A stretch of DNA of 62,128 bases, filler included, from an uncultured Planctomycetales bacterium (lineage in GTDB: Bacteria; Omnitrophota; Gorgyraeia; Gygaellales; Profunditerraquicolaceae), in the NCBI GenBank assembly GCA_964487475.1. It is 5 parts of 4 records of this genome, joined end to end, with 100 filler letters (N's around TTAATTAATTAA, not from the genome) between each part and the next. Parts side by side here need not be neighbours in the genome. Positions count along the whole stretch, not along the records: positions 1 to 12,373 come from CAZAPM010000001.1; 4 more parts are not named here. The stretch is one strand, 5' to 3'. Made by a program: the position numbers and the translations under genes. Under the pieces are notes generated by a model. It was not told the DNA's origin. It saw only the letters and a list, made by a program, of their open reading frames with translations, and made no database searches. The stretch's first letter is position 1. Each line of letters opens with the position of its first letter. Below are positions 1 through 8,830 of this stretch, one piece after another.

Positions 1-1
1 C

Positions 2-709
2 CTTTCCGCCACCTGCGCCTTCGCCCAGCAGTCAACCCTGGCTTCAGAGATCTACTCCCGTCTTTCCAAGGGGGAGGTGGTCAAGGTCTCAGTCTCCGAG
101 ATCGGCTACCGGTATCATCCGGTCAGCGCGGTGACCTACTTCGAACGCGAACCCGCCCGTATTAAGGTAAAGGCGGACTTCTTCTACCGCGGCCAGTTCC
201 AGAAGTCATCCGAGGAGATCGTCAACCTTGAGGCAGGCCAGCGCGTCATTGACGGGATATTCTTCTGCGACGGCCACACCGACTCCCAGGAGCCCGGGTT
301 CCTTTTTTACGGCAGCGACAAGAGCTTAAGCGCCAAGTTCGAAACGATCCTTACCTCGGATGAGCAGCTGGATGCGCAGGGAAGGACGGTCAATATCGCC
401 ATCTCCGGGATCTGGAAGACGGACCCTTCGGTCAAGGCGACCCTCACCCGGGAGAGCTTTGCCTACAATTCCCTGGGCCAGGTGGCTTCCTACATGTCCC
501 GCTACTTCATCGCTACAGGGGTCAGCGGGTTCCCTGGCGGCACGATCGACGCCTTAAAGGTATCCCGCATCATCTATGACGCGGCAGGCCGGCCCCGCTA
601 CATCGTCTACGGCCATTTCTACGGCCCGGGCACCACGACATTGATGTACAACATCAAATATAACCCCGATAACGAGGTTATCGGGTATTCGATGTATATG
701 TACCGGTAA
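2..709 (+). CDS. Secreted hypothetical protein, 5'-truncated by window edge
   Basis: Frame is open from position 2 (LSATCAFA|QQSTLASEIY...), which reads as the end of a signal peptide, and continues into ORF 77..709. Confidence 0.7.
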   Translation, partial: LSATCAFAQQSTLASEIYSRLSKGEVVKVSVSEIGYRYHPVSAVTYFEREPARIKVKADFFYRGQFQKSSEEIVNLEAGQRVIDGIFFCDGHTDSQEPGFLFYGSDKSLSAKFETILTSDEQLDAQGRTVNIAISGIWKTDPSVKATLTRESFAYNSLGQVASYMSRYFIATGVSGFPGGTIDALKVSRIIYDAAGRPRYIVYGHFYGPGTTTLMYNIKYNPDNEVIGYSMYMYR

Positions 710-759
710 TAAGCCACGGGATTTTCTCGCACTATATTCATGTTACCGAGGAGGAGGGC

Positions 760-1692
760 ATGAAGAGGATCTGGTCAGCAGCGGTTGCGGTTTGTCTGTT
801 CGGTATTCCTTGTGTAGCGAACGCCCAGGGGACCCCTATCCCAACGGCAAAGGTTGAAGGGTATGAGATCACTCTTACATCCCTGGAGGTATCTGCCGTT
901 GATGAGGCGTATGAAGTGCCCAAGGGGATGGATCCCGTGACATATCTTATGTTCAAGGAGATATCTACCCCGGGCGGGGGCAAGGAGATCGTGGATCTCA
1001 CTCCCAGTGTTACTTTCTCGTACCGGATCGCATGCCGTGACGAGGACGCTTCCTTTAGGCTTTTCGGGATAGAAGGCATCAAATTGCGGGATGAAGAGGG
1101 TCACGTGCTTACCAGGAAGAAAGATTTTTCGCTCCGGCCGGATCTCTCCGAGGTCGGATATGCGCTGGTGCCGGAATATTCGAATCCTGGCGGTAATGCC
1201 TCTGTTTGTCCGTTATCGTACGATTCCCAGTCCAATACCCTGACATTCCCTTTGGGAGACCTGAAGCAAGCGGCTTCCTTCACGGGTACAGTGGTTCAGT
1301 ATGAACGCATGGAGAAGGAAGTTTTGTTGTTGAATGATCTTTCCGGGGCGGTGGTACGGAAAAAAGTCGGGGATTTTGAGGCGGCGGTTAAGGGGACCGT
1401 ACAAACAGCGGGCCAGGTGAAAGAGCTGGCGATAACGGTCGAAGCGTCGGATACGAGTCCGGGAGAGCGCTCGTCCTCTGACTTCATTTCCGGGGTCAGG
1501 GTGATGCAGGCGGGAAAAACAGTTCCGGTATTGAACGTCGGTGCTTCGAGGGCCGGAAAGAAGTTCAATCAGCATTTTGAGCTGGTCATCCCACCGGGGG
1601 TTGATCCGGGCGGCCTTTCTGTCCAGGTCACCCTGGTGCATCGTTCGAACCCTGTGAAGAAGACGCCTTTCGAGATCAAGATCGCGAAGTGA
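760..1692 (+). CDS. Secreted hypothetical protein (paralog of the C-terminal part of 1966..3363)
   Basis: GAGGAGG RBS; signal peptide MKRIWSAAVAVCLFGIPCVANA; colinear motif matches to 1966..3363. Confidence 0.8.
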   Translation: MKRIWSAAVAVCLFGIPCVANAQGTPIPTAKVEGYEITLTSLEVSAVDEAYEVPKGMDPVTYLMFKEISTPGGGKEIVDLTPSVTFSYRIACRDEDASFRLFGIEGIKLRDEEGHVLTRKKDFSLRPDLSEVGYALVPEYSNPGGNASVCPLSYDSQSNTLTFPLGDLKQAASFTGTVVQYERMEKEVLLLNDLSGAVVRKKVGDFEAAVKGTVQTAGQVKELAITVEASDTSPGERSSSDFISGVRVMQAGKTVPVLNVGASRAGKKFNQHFELVIPPGVDPGGLSVQVTLVHRSNPVKKTPFEIKIAK

Positions 1693-1693
1693 T

Positions 1694-1951
1694 ATGGCTA
1701 AACTCAAGCTCGACCTGCACGACATCTACAGCAACAGCCGCGCCATCGAATCCGAGCTTAACCGCGTCATCAACGAAGCGGTGGACAAGGGGATCACCCT
1801 GGTCGAGATCATCCCGGGCAAGGGGAGCGGCCAGCTGAAGAAGTCCGTGCTGCGCTTCCTGGCGCAGGGGCACATCAAGAGGCTTTACCATCGCCTGGAG
1901 AAGGATGACAAGAACTTCGGCAGGATCTTCGTGCACTTCAGGAAATCTTAA
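1694..1951 (+). CDS. Stand-alone Smr (small MutS-related) domain protein
   Basis: LDLH motif, IIPGKGSGQLK motif, C-terminal NFG-x-I-F-V. Confidence 0.9.
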   Translation: MAKLKLDLHDIYSNSRAIESELNRVINEAVDKGITLVEIIPGKGSGQLKKSVLRFLAQGHIKRLYHRLEKDDKNFGRIFVHFRKS

Positions 1952-1965
1952 CAGGAGGTCGTAAG

Positions 1966-3363
1966 ATGAGGAAATGGTTGTCCGCTGCGCTTCTCTTTTT
2001 CCTTATGGTCCTGTCTTCCGTTCCCGGTATTTGTAACAATGTTTCTTTCTCGCTGGTCTCCCTGGAAAAGGCGGTGACGCTGAGCTCCGGGGAAGTGATC
2101 CCTGCCGGGCAGGAAGTGGTAAAGATCCCTTTCGAAAATCCGGATGAGCAGAGCAAGGTTATTCCGGGCAAAGTGGTTTCGATGGCAAATGCGTATCTTG
2201 AGGGCGTGCTGGGTAAAAAAGAACATATGTGCGCTTGCTCTCCCGATTGGTTCGGCAATGTCGATCCGGCTTGTGACGCCATGTGTTTCCGCTGGAAAAT
2301 AAGTTCGAATGAGTTTTTACGAGGGAATGACGGCCAGGATTACTATATCGTATCGGTTGCAATATTAGAAAAAGCCGCTAAGGGCGAAGCCCGCAAATTC
2401 TATTTCCTGGCGACCAAGGATCCTGTTGTGCCCGGAGCAGCTCCTGATGCTTCCGGTAAGGTATTCCCCGCGCAGAAGGCAGAGCCCGGCGAATACCCCC
2501 GGGTGACCGTGGAAGGATATGACGTGATCCTCACGTCGCTGGATGTGAGGGATCAGCGTTCTTTACCTCCGGCAGAGGACTTTTCCGATGTGCGCAAACA
2601 TATGCGTTTCGGCATGCTCCCCATGGGCGCGGTCTCCACGTTCGTGGATATGACGCCGAACGTGGATATCGGTTTCCAGGTCGATTGCAAGGATGTTGCC
2701 CGGGCCGATCTTTTTTACGGGGTGACGGAGCTGGCGCTTAAGGATGAGGCGGGCGAAGCTTTGACGAAAAAGTCCGGGAAGGGGTTGCTCGAGGGAGTGC
2801 TTACGGTCCCTTTCGGGCTCTCGCCGCAGTACATGTCCCCATTGGGCGAGCATATCCATCCTCCGGTCCTGTACTCCTCGAGTTTTTCGACGCTTGCGTT
2901 CCCTTCCGGTGATCTGACGCGCGTGGCATCCTTTTCCGGGACCCTGCTTCTCTATCAGGACGTGCAGTCCCAGGAGATCGAAATAACGGATTTTTCCGGC
3001 GCCGCCATCCAGCGGAACATCGGGGATTTCGAAGTGACGATCAAACCCTCTGTTTCGGATATGGACGGGGCAAAATCCCTGGAGATCCTCTGTGAAGCGG
3101 TGGACAAAGCACAGCCGTTGCATGCGTTCTCCGATTTTGACGTCCGGGTGACCATGCAGGGGCCGGGGGAGAAGACGTCCGGGTGGGGAGTGGGAGGCGG
3201 CAGCAGCCAGTCAGGGCGGAATATTCGTAAAAATTTCAGTTTCACCGTCCCTGCGGCAGACGCCGGTAAAATGAAGGCGAAAGTGGTGCTGATCAACCGG
3301 CTGCAGCCTGATAAGAAAGTGCCGTTCGAGATCAAGCTTCCGGAAGCTTCCAGGGATCGCTGA
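1966..3363 (+). CDS. Secreted hypothetical protein with Cys-containing N-terminal domain plus paralogous C-terminal domain
   Basis: AGGAGG RBS; signal peptide; CACSPDW...CDAMC segment; C-terminal region similar to 760..1692. Confidence 0.8.
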   Translation: MRKWLSAALLFFLMVLSSVPGICNNVSFSLVSLEKAVTLSSGEVIPAGQEVVKIPFENPDEQSKVIPGKVVSMANAYLEGVLGKKEHMCACSPDWFGNVDPACDAMCFRWKISSNEFLRGNDGQDYYIVSVAILEKAAKGEARKFYFLATKDPVVPGAAPDASGKVFPAQKAEPGEYPRVTVEGYDVILTSLDVRDQRSLPPAEDFSDVRKHMRFGMLPMGAVSTFVDMTPNVDIGFQVDCKDVARADLFYGVTELALKDEAGEALTKKSGKGLLEGVLTVPFGLSPQYMSPLGEHIHPPVLYSSSFSTLAFPSGDLTRVASFSGTLLLYQDVQSQEIEITDFSGAAIQRNIGDFEVTIKPSVSDMDGAKSLEILCEAVDKAQPLHAFSDFDVRVTMQGPGEKTSGWGVGGGSSQSGRNIRKNFSFTVPAADAGKMKAKVVLINRLQPDKKVPFEIKLPEASRDR

Positions 3364-3907
3364 TACGTACTCGTCCGATACTATTGCTGTTCTGGAGTCT
3401 TTTCTGCTTTCCGGCTGCGCCATGCTTAATTACACCCCGCCGTCGCCCGTGCAGCGTTCTCGCGAGTACCAGCGGCCCCTGGAAGAGTTCTGGAGCTCGA
3501 CCGTCGAGGGGCTGATCAAGAAAGGGGATACGATTGTTTCGGCGGACAAGGCCGGCGGACTCAGCTCGGAAAGCGAAGTGCGTCATACCGGGGCGTGTAT
3601 GCCCTACGGGGATTATGAGTGGAAGTCCATGCGTAGAGAAGGGGCGATCTACATCAAATCCGTCTCACCAGAAGTAACGAGAAGAGAGACCGTCAATTTC
3701 AAGGTGATCGCCAGGGGCAGGGCTTATCAGGACCTCAACCATGACAGCGTGCCCGCTCACTTTAAGGATTACCGCAAGGGTAACGTCCACCTGATGTACG
3801 CGCGCCATCCGGAGGAAGTGGTGATGGAGACCGATGGCACGCTGGAGCAGGAGTATTTCGTCATGATCGCCGGGGAGCTGCTGCGTCTGCACGACTCGGG
3901 TATCTGA
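3360..3907 (+). CDS. Probable lipoprotein with apparent 1-nt frameshift in its signal peptide (ORF track start 3422)
   Basis: Lipobox LLSGC lies directly before ATG 3422 in frame; an n/h-region (IRTRPILLLFWSL) lies in another frame from 3360. Confidence 0.55.
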
Positions 3908-3926
3908 TCGAAAAAAGGAGGCTTGC

Positions 3927-4685
3927 ATGAAGAGATTGTTGTGCATGTGTATGCTGCTGGCGGCTTCTGTGTTCCCTGCATATGCGGGGCAAGCAGTGGA
4001 TGTGCCGGAGTTTTATTTGGATATTGCATTACCCGTGCATGTCGGAGTATTGGGGAATTATGTGCTTGAACCTGAGGCAAGCACGTATGGGCTTATGTTG
4101 CAAGATCTAACCGTTGACCAGCTTGATTTCAACCGCAAAGAGGCGGAGCGAAGCAAGGGGAGTATCTATCAGGTAAGGGTAACGCGTGCGGACGGCAGGC
4201 GCGAGGTGATCAATGCTTGGGTGTCGTGTTCTTTGCCCAATGACGATGTGATGTATGATGAATTTGGGGCAATCCCCCGGGAGATCAAGTCCGGGTTATT
4301 CATTACTCCGCTTATTAAGATCGACCCTTCCGTCCAGAAGATCGAATATATGATCAACGGAAAAGTCCTTTTTACCCAGGTGCGTCCGGCTAAGAAGGCT
4401 ACTATCGCCGCTTTTTCCGCAAAGCGTGCTTCCCAAGGGGGAGCGCAGGGTATCATGGTCTCCTGGAGGGTAGACTCTCCTGACGGGAGCAGGTGGAGCG
4501 GTGCCGTGAATACTCCGAATAAGGATACCGGCGGGCAGAGTGGGCTGATCGCGGGACTTAGCTCTACCAGAGGTGAGGAGAATGATCATTTCTTGGAGCT
4601 GGGTTCGTTTACGGACAAGATCGCGGAAATAACTTTCGAAGTGACCGATCTTTTTACCGCGCAGAAGTGGACGGAGGAGCTGTAA
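3927..4685 (+). CDS. Secreted hypothetical protein
   Basis: AGGAGG RBS; signal peptide ending PAYA. Confidence 0.8.
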   Translation: MKRLLCMCMLLAASVFPAYAGQAVDVPEFYLDIALPVHVGVLGNYVLEPEASTYGLMLQDLTVDQLDFNRKEAERSKGSIYQVRVTRADGRREVINAWVSCSLPNDDVMYDEFGAIPREIKSGLFITPLIKIDPSVQKIEYMINGKVLFTQVRPAKKATIAAFSAKRASQGGAQGIMVSWRVDSPDGSRWSGAVNTPNKDTGGQSGLIAGLSSTRGEENDHFLELGSFTDKIAEITFEVTDLFTAQKWTEEL

Positions 4686-4692
4686 GGGGATA

Positions 4693-4892
4693 GTGAATAA
4701 TACGCAGGTGCGAAATCTTTTCAGCTTGCTGCCAGTGTGCAGGGCCAGGGAGCATTTTCAGCCTTTGCTCAAGCGTCGGGGCGTCCTGCTCGAGCGTATC
4801 GTCTCCTTCGGCCAGCGCACGCCTCCCGGCACCTGGCTCAAAGAGAAGAAGGGGGAGTGGGTAGTCCTCCTCAGCGGCTCGGCGACACTTTC
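4693..4892 (+). CDS. Cupin-domain protein, 3'-truncated by gap
   Basis: ERIVSFGQRTPPGTW...EWVVLLSGSA is typical of this small cupin family. Confidence 0.75.
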
Positions 4893-4992
4893 NNNNNNNN
4901 NNNNNNNNNNNNNNNNNNNNNNNNNNNNNNNNNNNNNNNNNNNNNNNNNNNNNNNNNNNNNNNNNNNNNNNNNNNNNNNNNNNNNNNNNNNN
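4893..4992. other. Scaffold gap (100 N)
   Basis: Run of N without a stop linker. Confidence 0.99.
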
Positions 4993-5528
4993 TCCCGGTC
5001 GTAGGTGTACACGCGCGCAGGCTCCATCACCAGCTCCCCGATCTTCAAGGGGAACCCGTCGTCCTTGGCGCAGGTAAGCTGGATCCATTCCCCGAGTTTT
5101 TTCTGCCGTCCTTCCATCCACCCGGAAACGGTCCTGAATCCCACCACTCCGTCCACCGCCACCCAGGTGTGATACGTCCCGTGGCCTACCACCAGGATGC
5201 TCTGGCACGCCGGGTCCTTGACCGCCCTTTCCAGCTGGCCCTTTTTCCCGCGCAGGAACCAGTAGGTCTTCAATCCCCGGTTGTTGAAATAGGTGGTCAC
5301 GAAGGGGAAGGCGCAGAAGATCACCCCCGGAGAGACCCAGTAATCGTATTTGGTCATGGTGTAATCGGAGACCACCACCGCGGCGTAGGCGCCGGAGCGG
5401 GTGAAGTAGTTGCGTGCCGCCACCGGCAGGATCATCGCGGACTGGATCGCCAGCGTGTAGATGAAGGCCCGGATGATGACCTTCTGCACTTTTTTGTTCC
5501 TGATGACGGCGCGGACGCGTGTGAGCAT
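4993..5528 (-). CDS. Hypothetical membrane protein, 3' end lost in gap; probably leaderless
   Basis: MLTRVRAVIRNKKVQKVIIRAFIYTLAI...; TGGTATACT extended -10 at 5543-5535 lies 6 nt before the ATG. Confidence 0.65.
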
Positions 5529-5554
5529 GATATAAGTATACCACAACTGTGCCG

Positions 5555-5582
5555 TTGACATGACCGCGCGCTACGCTACAAT
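5555..5582 (+). promoter_or_regulatory. Sigma70-type promoter
   Basis: TTGACA-N16-TACAAT. Confidence 0.75.
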
Positions 5583-5613
5583 ATTGGTATTCGGGCAGAA
5601 GCGGAAAGCACGC

Positions 5614-5940
5614 ATGAATAAACGATTCTGGGATCTGTTGAAGCGTTTCGAGCGCTCCCTGGGCCCTGTCGGCGCGGGGATGGTCCTGGACCTGGTGGAT
5701 TTCGCCACGTTCGGGCCGATCGGCATCTTTCTCGGATATATTGCCGGTTCCGCGGTGAGCTGGTACCTTACCGGCGTGCTGGGGCTGCCGATGAAATGGC
5801 GCAAGATGATATCGATATTCGGAGGGATCTATTGCATGGTGCCCGGTACCGAGCTGATCCCGGTGGCGACTATCGTAGGCGCGTGTGCGCGGTTTTTTAT
5901 GGAGGGTGAACGCGATGAAAAAAAGAATACTGATCGTTGA
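5614..5940 (+). CDS. Small membrane hypothetical protein
   Basis: MNKRFWDLL... with Gly-rich hydrophobic segments, downstream of the promoter. Confidence 0.7.
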   Translation: MNKRFWDLLKRFERSLGPVGAGMVLDLVDFATFGPIGIFLGYIAGSAVSWYLTGVLGLPMKWRKMISIFGGIYCMVPGTELIPVATIVGACARFFMEGERDEKKNTDR

Positions 5941-6295
5941 CGACGAAAAGGACATACGGGAGATGCTCGCCAAGAAGCTGCAGGAGGAGGGGTATCTGGT
6001 CACGATGGCGGCTGATAGCGCGCAGGCGCTGGAAGAGTGCACCTATCGTCCCCCCGACGTGATGATCCTGGATATCATACTGCCGGATAAGGACGGATAT
6101 GCGTTGATCAAGGAGCTTTCGGAGAAGAATCTCCTGGGCAATACCGCGGTCATCTTCGTCACCGGGCAGGACCTGACCTTCCGCAGCCTCGAGGAGAGGG
6201 TGTCCCAATTGGGAGCGTTCGATTTCCTGATGAAACCCTGTTCGATGCAGGACCTGCTTGTCAAGGTGACCAACGCCTGTGCGCAAAAGGGGTGA
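5915..6295 (+). CDS. Single-domain response regulator (receiver)
   Basis: ILIVDDE, phospho-Asp in ILDIILPDKDG, VTG, FLMKP; GGAGG RBS. Confidence 0.93.
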   Translation: MKKRILIVDDEKDIREMLAKKLQEEGYLVTMAADSAQALEECTYRPPDVMILDIILPDKDGYALIKELSEKNLLGNTAVIFVTGQDLTFRSLEERVSQLGAFDFLMKPCSMQDLLVKVTNACAQKG

Positions 6296-6299
6296 GCGG

Positions 6300-6761
6300 A
6301 TGCCGTTAAGATGCGCTGCGCTGCGATTATGCGTACTCACCTGCGGGCTGCTGCCTGCCGTTGCCTGCGCCCAGAGCGTATTATTCGAGCGGGCGTCCGG
6401 GGATGAGTTCTTTTACTCCCTGCGTAAGGGGGACGATGCGCAGCTGTCGGTCGCTCCCGGGGACCGCCTGGTCTTTACCGGAGCGGGGGTGGTAAAGGGG
6501 CTGGTGCCTCCGTTCCGTCCCGCAGCGCAGGAGGAGAACGGCGCCTGGAGCGTCGCTCCGGAGAGCCGTCCCGGCCGCGTGGTGTTCGTCGCATCCGCGC
6601 AGGCATCCGTCGCGCAGGATGTGGAGGAGGGGTTCGTGCTTCTGGGGCGGATGGGGGTCTCTGCCCCCGGCAATGCCGTTCCCAAAGCCGTGGTGCGTTA
6701 CGAATATGTCGGAGACAATTTGAACCGCAGCGGCGAGGTCCCCGGCCCTGCGGAAAAATGA
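6300..6761 (+). CDS. Secreted hypothetical protein
   Basis: Signal peptide ending AVACA; operon spacing. Confidence 0.65.
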   Translation: MPLRCAALRLCVLTCGLLPAVACAQSVLFERASGDEFFYSLRKGDDAQLSVAPGDRLVFTGAGVVKGLVPPFRPAAQEENGAWSVAPESRPGRVVFVASAQASVAQDVEEGFVLLGRMGVSAPGNAVPKAVVRYEYVGDNLNRSGEVPGPAEK

Positions 6762-6776
6762 GAAGAGAGGGATACT

Positions 6777-7031
6777 ATGAGCGCAAATGCCTATAACCTG
6801 TACGATACCGTAGAGTATCCCGCGGGCTTCGAGTCGAAGTTCTCCAACACCCATTTGATCACGCACACCAACCGGGAGTTCTTCCTGACCTTCGGTATTG
6901 CCCATCCCCCGAAGCAGAAGATCACTCCCGTGGCGCAGCTCATTTTGACCCGGGACCATGCGGTGGAGCTGGTGCTCAACCTGCAGGCGCAGATCAAACA
7001 GTTCGACGAAAAGACAAAAGGGAGCGTGTAA
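6777..7031 (+). CDS. DUF3467-like small protein
   Basis: FSNTHLITHTNREFFLTF...AQLILTRDHAVELVLNL pattern. Confidence 0.75.
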   Translation: MSANAYNLYDTVEYPAGFESKFSNTHLITHTNREFFLTFGIAHPPKQKITPVAQLILTRDHAVELVLNLQAQIKQFDEKTKGSV

Positions 7032-7438
7032 TGTGCGAGAGGAATGATCGGATACGCCAGGTAATGAGGGTAGGAGTCGCGGTGCTGAGCGTGCTGCTGG
7101 CGGCGAATGCCGCACAGGCAGTGGACTCCTATGCCGGCGCGACAAAGAAGGCGGCACAGAAGCTCCCGGTTTCCCTGTCCGCGGTCTCCCGTAAGGCTGC
7201 GGCGCTGCTTGATGAGTACGAGGCGATGATCGGCAAATACGAGAAGAAGGCCGGCAGCCTGGGAGGGGATGGTTCCCGTTGGCGGGGAAAATTGGATGCG
7301 GAGATGGCTGCCTGGAACGCGCGATGGAAGAAGGTGGTCAAGGAGATATCCGCTCCGGAGCTGGCCAAGCTTCAGGGGCGTTTGGGTTCGCTTACGGCAA
7401 GGATGCAGAAGCTGCTTTTACGCGGGTCAGGGGAGTGA
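7031..7438 (+). CDS. Secreted helical hypothetical protein
   Basis: Hydrophobic segment ending AAQA; TAATG overlap with the upstream gene. Confidence 0.65.
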   Translation: MCERNDRIRQVMRVGVAVLSVLLAANAAQAVDSYAGATKKAAQKLPVSLSAVSRKAAALLDEYEAMIGKYEKKAGSLGGDGSRWRGKLDAEMAAWNARWKKVVKEISAPELAKLQGRLGSLTARMQKLLLRGSGE

Positions 7439-7463
7439 TCGTTCCCCGGGAGCATGATTTGCG

Positions 7464-7491
7464 TTGACAAAATGCCTGCCGATGGTAGACT
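7464..7491 (+). promoter_or_regulatory. Sigma70-type promoter for the PEP-CTERM gene
   Basis: TTGACA-N16-TAGACT with TG extension. Confidence 0.7.
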
Positions 7492-7514
7492 GCTTACCGG
7501 TGGGCATTTTTTTT
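7469..7514 (+). terminator. Intrinsic terminator overlapping the promoter
   Basis: AAAATGCCTGCCG / CGGTGGGCATTTT 13-bp stem (2 G.U) ending in a T8 run. Confidence 0.65.
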
Positions 7515-7561
7515 GCCCGGTTATTTAACCGTTTTACAAACTCATAATCAAGGAGAGGTAC

Positions 7562-8707
7562 ATGGTATCCAGGATGATCGTAGTGCTGTTGGCAATGTGC
7601 TGCCTGGCGGGCGGCAGGGCACAGGCGTATGAGTTCACGCTGCTCGACCTCGGGGTTGCCGAGGGGTTCTCTTCGAGCAAGGCATTCGGGATCAACGATT
7701 ACGGCGAAGTGGCGGGCAGCATGACCGATGCCGCAGGCGCGGTAAGCGGTTATTACTGGTCCGGCACCGGCGCGGCGCAGCAGCTCGCTTCGCTGGGCGG
7801 TGACTATACCAGGGGATGGGGGATCAACAATCAGGGGCAGATCGCGGGAGTGTCCAACGGCCATGCCGCACTGTGGCTGGGCGCACAGGGGTCCCCGGTA
7901 GACCTGCAGACCTTAGGCGGCCCGACCAGCACGGCGTTCCGCATCAATAACTCCGGCACGGTGATCGGCTGGTCCGATCTTGCCACGAGGCCTGATCCGT
8001 ATTACGGTGACTTTACCGCGTTCCACGGGTTTGTGTATCAGAACGGGCAGATGCAGGATACAGGGACCATGACCACGGACTGGCCGGAGTGGGACAACGG
8101 ATACAGCTTCGCGCACGGCATCAATGACCAGGGACAGGTGGTCGGGGAGGGCATGGATACCGATTGGGGGTACCGGGCTTTCATCCTGAATCCTGACGGC
8201 AGCAAGACCGATCTGGGCACGCATCCTACGATGAGCTGGCTGGCGGGAAGCGCTACGGTGATCAACGATGCCGGGTTAGTCGGCGGCCGGGCCGCGGATA
8301 ACTACGATCCGAACGTGGTCTATCCTCTGCTTTGGGAAAGCGGCCAGACGACTGCGACCCCGATCTCCATGCCCGCGGAGTTCCCTTTCGGGGAGATCTA
8401 CGGGATCAATGAAAAGGGGGAGATGGTCGGAGTGATGTGGAATGCGGAAGGGACCGAACGCGCGTTCCTGTACGATCAGCTCAACGGGGTGAGGGACCTG
8501 AACTCTTTACTGGACCCTTCCTTCGGGTGGGATCTGCAGTATGCCTCGGGGATCAACGAGCTCGGACAGATAGTCGGGTTCGGGTCCTTGAACGGGGCGA
8601 CACGCGGGTACGTGCTTAACGTGGTGCCCGAGCCGGTGAGCATGGCGCTTTTCGGGATCGGCGGTTTGGCGCTGGCGGCAGGCAGGAGGCTGCGCCGGAA
8701 AGCTTGA
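7562..8707 (+). CDS. PEP-CTERM sorting-signal protein with HAF-type extracellular repeats
   Basis: Signal peptide; repeated GINDxGQ(V/I)xG and DLGT motifs; C-terminal VPEPVSMALFGIGGLALAAGRRLRRKA. Confidence 0.92.
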   Translation: MVSRMIVVLLAMCCLAGGRAQAYEFTLLDLGVAEGFSSSKAFGINDYGEVAGSMTDAAGAVSGYYWSGTGAAQQLASLGGDYTRGWGINNQGQIAGVSNGHAALWLGAQGSPVDLQTLGGPTSTAFRINNSGTVIGWSDLATRPDPYYGDFTAFHGFVYQNGQMQDTGTMTTDWPEWDNGYSFAHGINDQGQVVGEGMDTDWGYRAFILNPDGSKTDLGTHPTMSWLAGSATVINDAGLVGGRAADNYDPNVVYPLLWESGQTTATPISMPAEFPFGEIYGINEKGEMVGVMWNAEGTERAFLYDQLNGVRDLNSLLDPSFGWDLQYASGINELGQIVGFGSLNGATRGYVLNVVPEPVSMALFGIGGLALAAGRRLRRKA

Positions 8708-8732
8708 CTCTCTTTCTTCGGTTTGTTATAAT
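8704..8732 (+). promoter_or_regulatory. Sigma70-type promoter
   Basis: TTGACT-N17-TATAAT with TG extension. Confidence 0.75.
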
Positions 8733-8763
8733 AACCCAATGCAGCTGAACGGGTTTAAAAAAT

Positions 8764-8802
8764 AACCAGGGTGACGGATCGACCGTCATCCTGGTTTTTT
8801 TT
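8764..8802 (+). terminator. Intrinsic terminator (downstream of the 8704 promoter)
   Basis: AACCAGGGTGACGG-ATCGA-CCGTCATCCTGGTT followed by a T run. Confidence 0.85.
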
Positions 8803-8830
8803 GCAGGGATCAATTTACAAAGGAGCGGTC

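Noticed and set aside
4654..6042. ORFs spanning the N gap (462 aa, 273 aa, 267 aa)
   Set aside because: They read through Ns and fuse unrelated or antisense segments.
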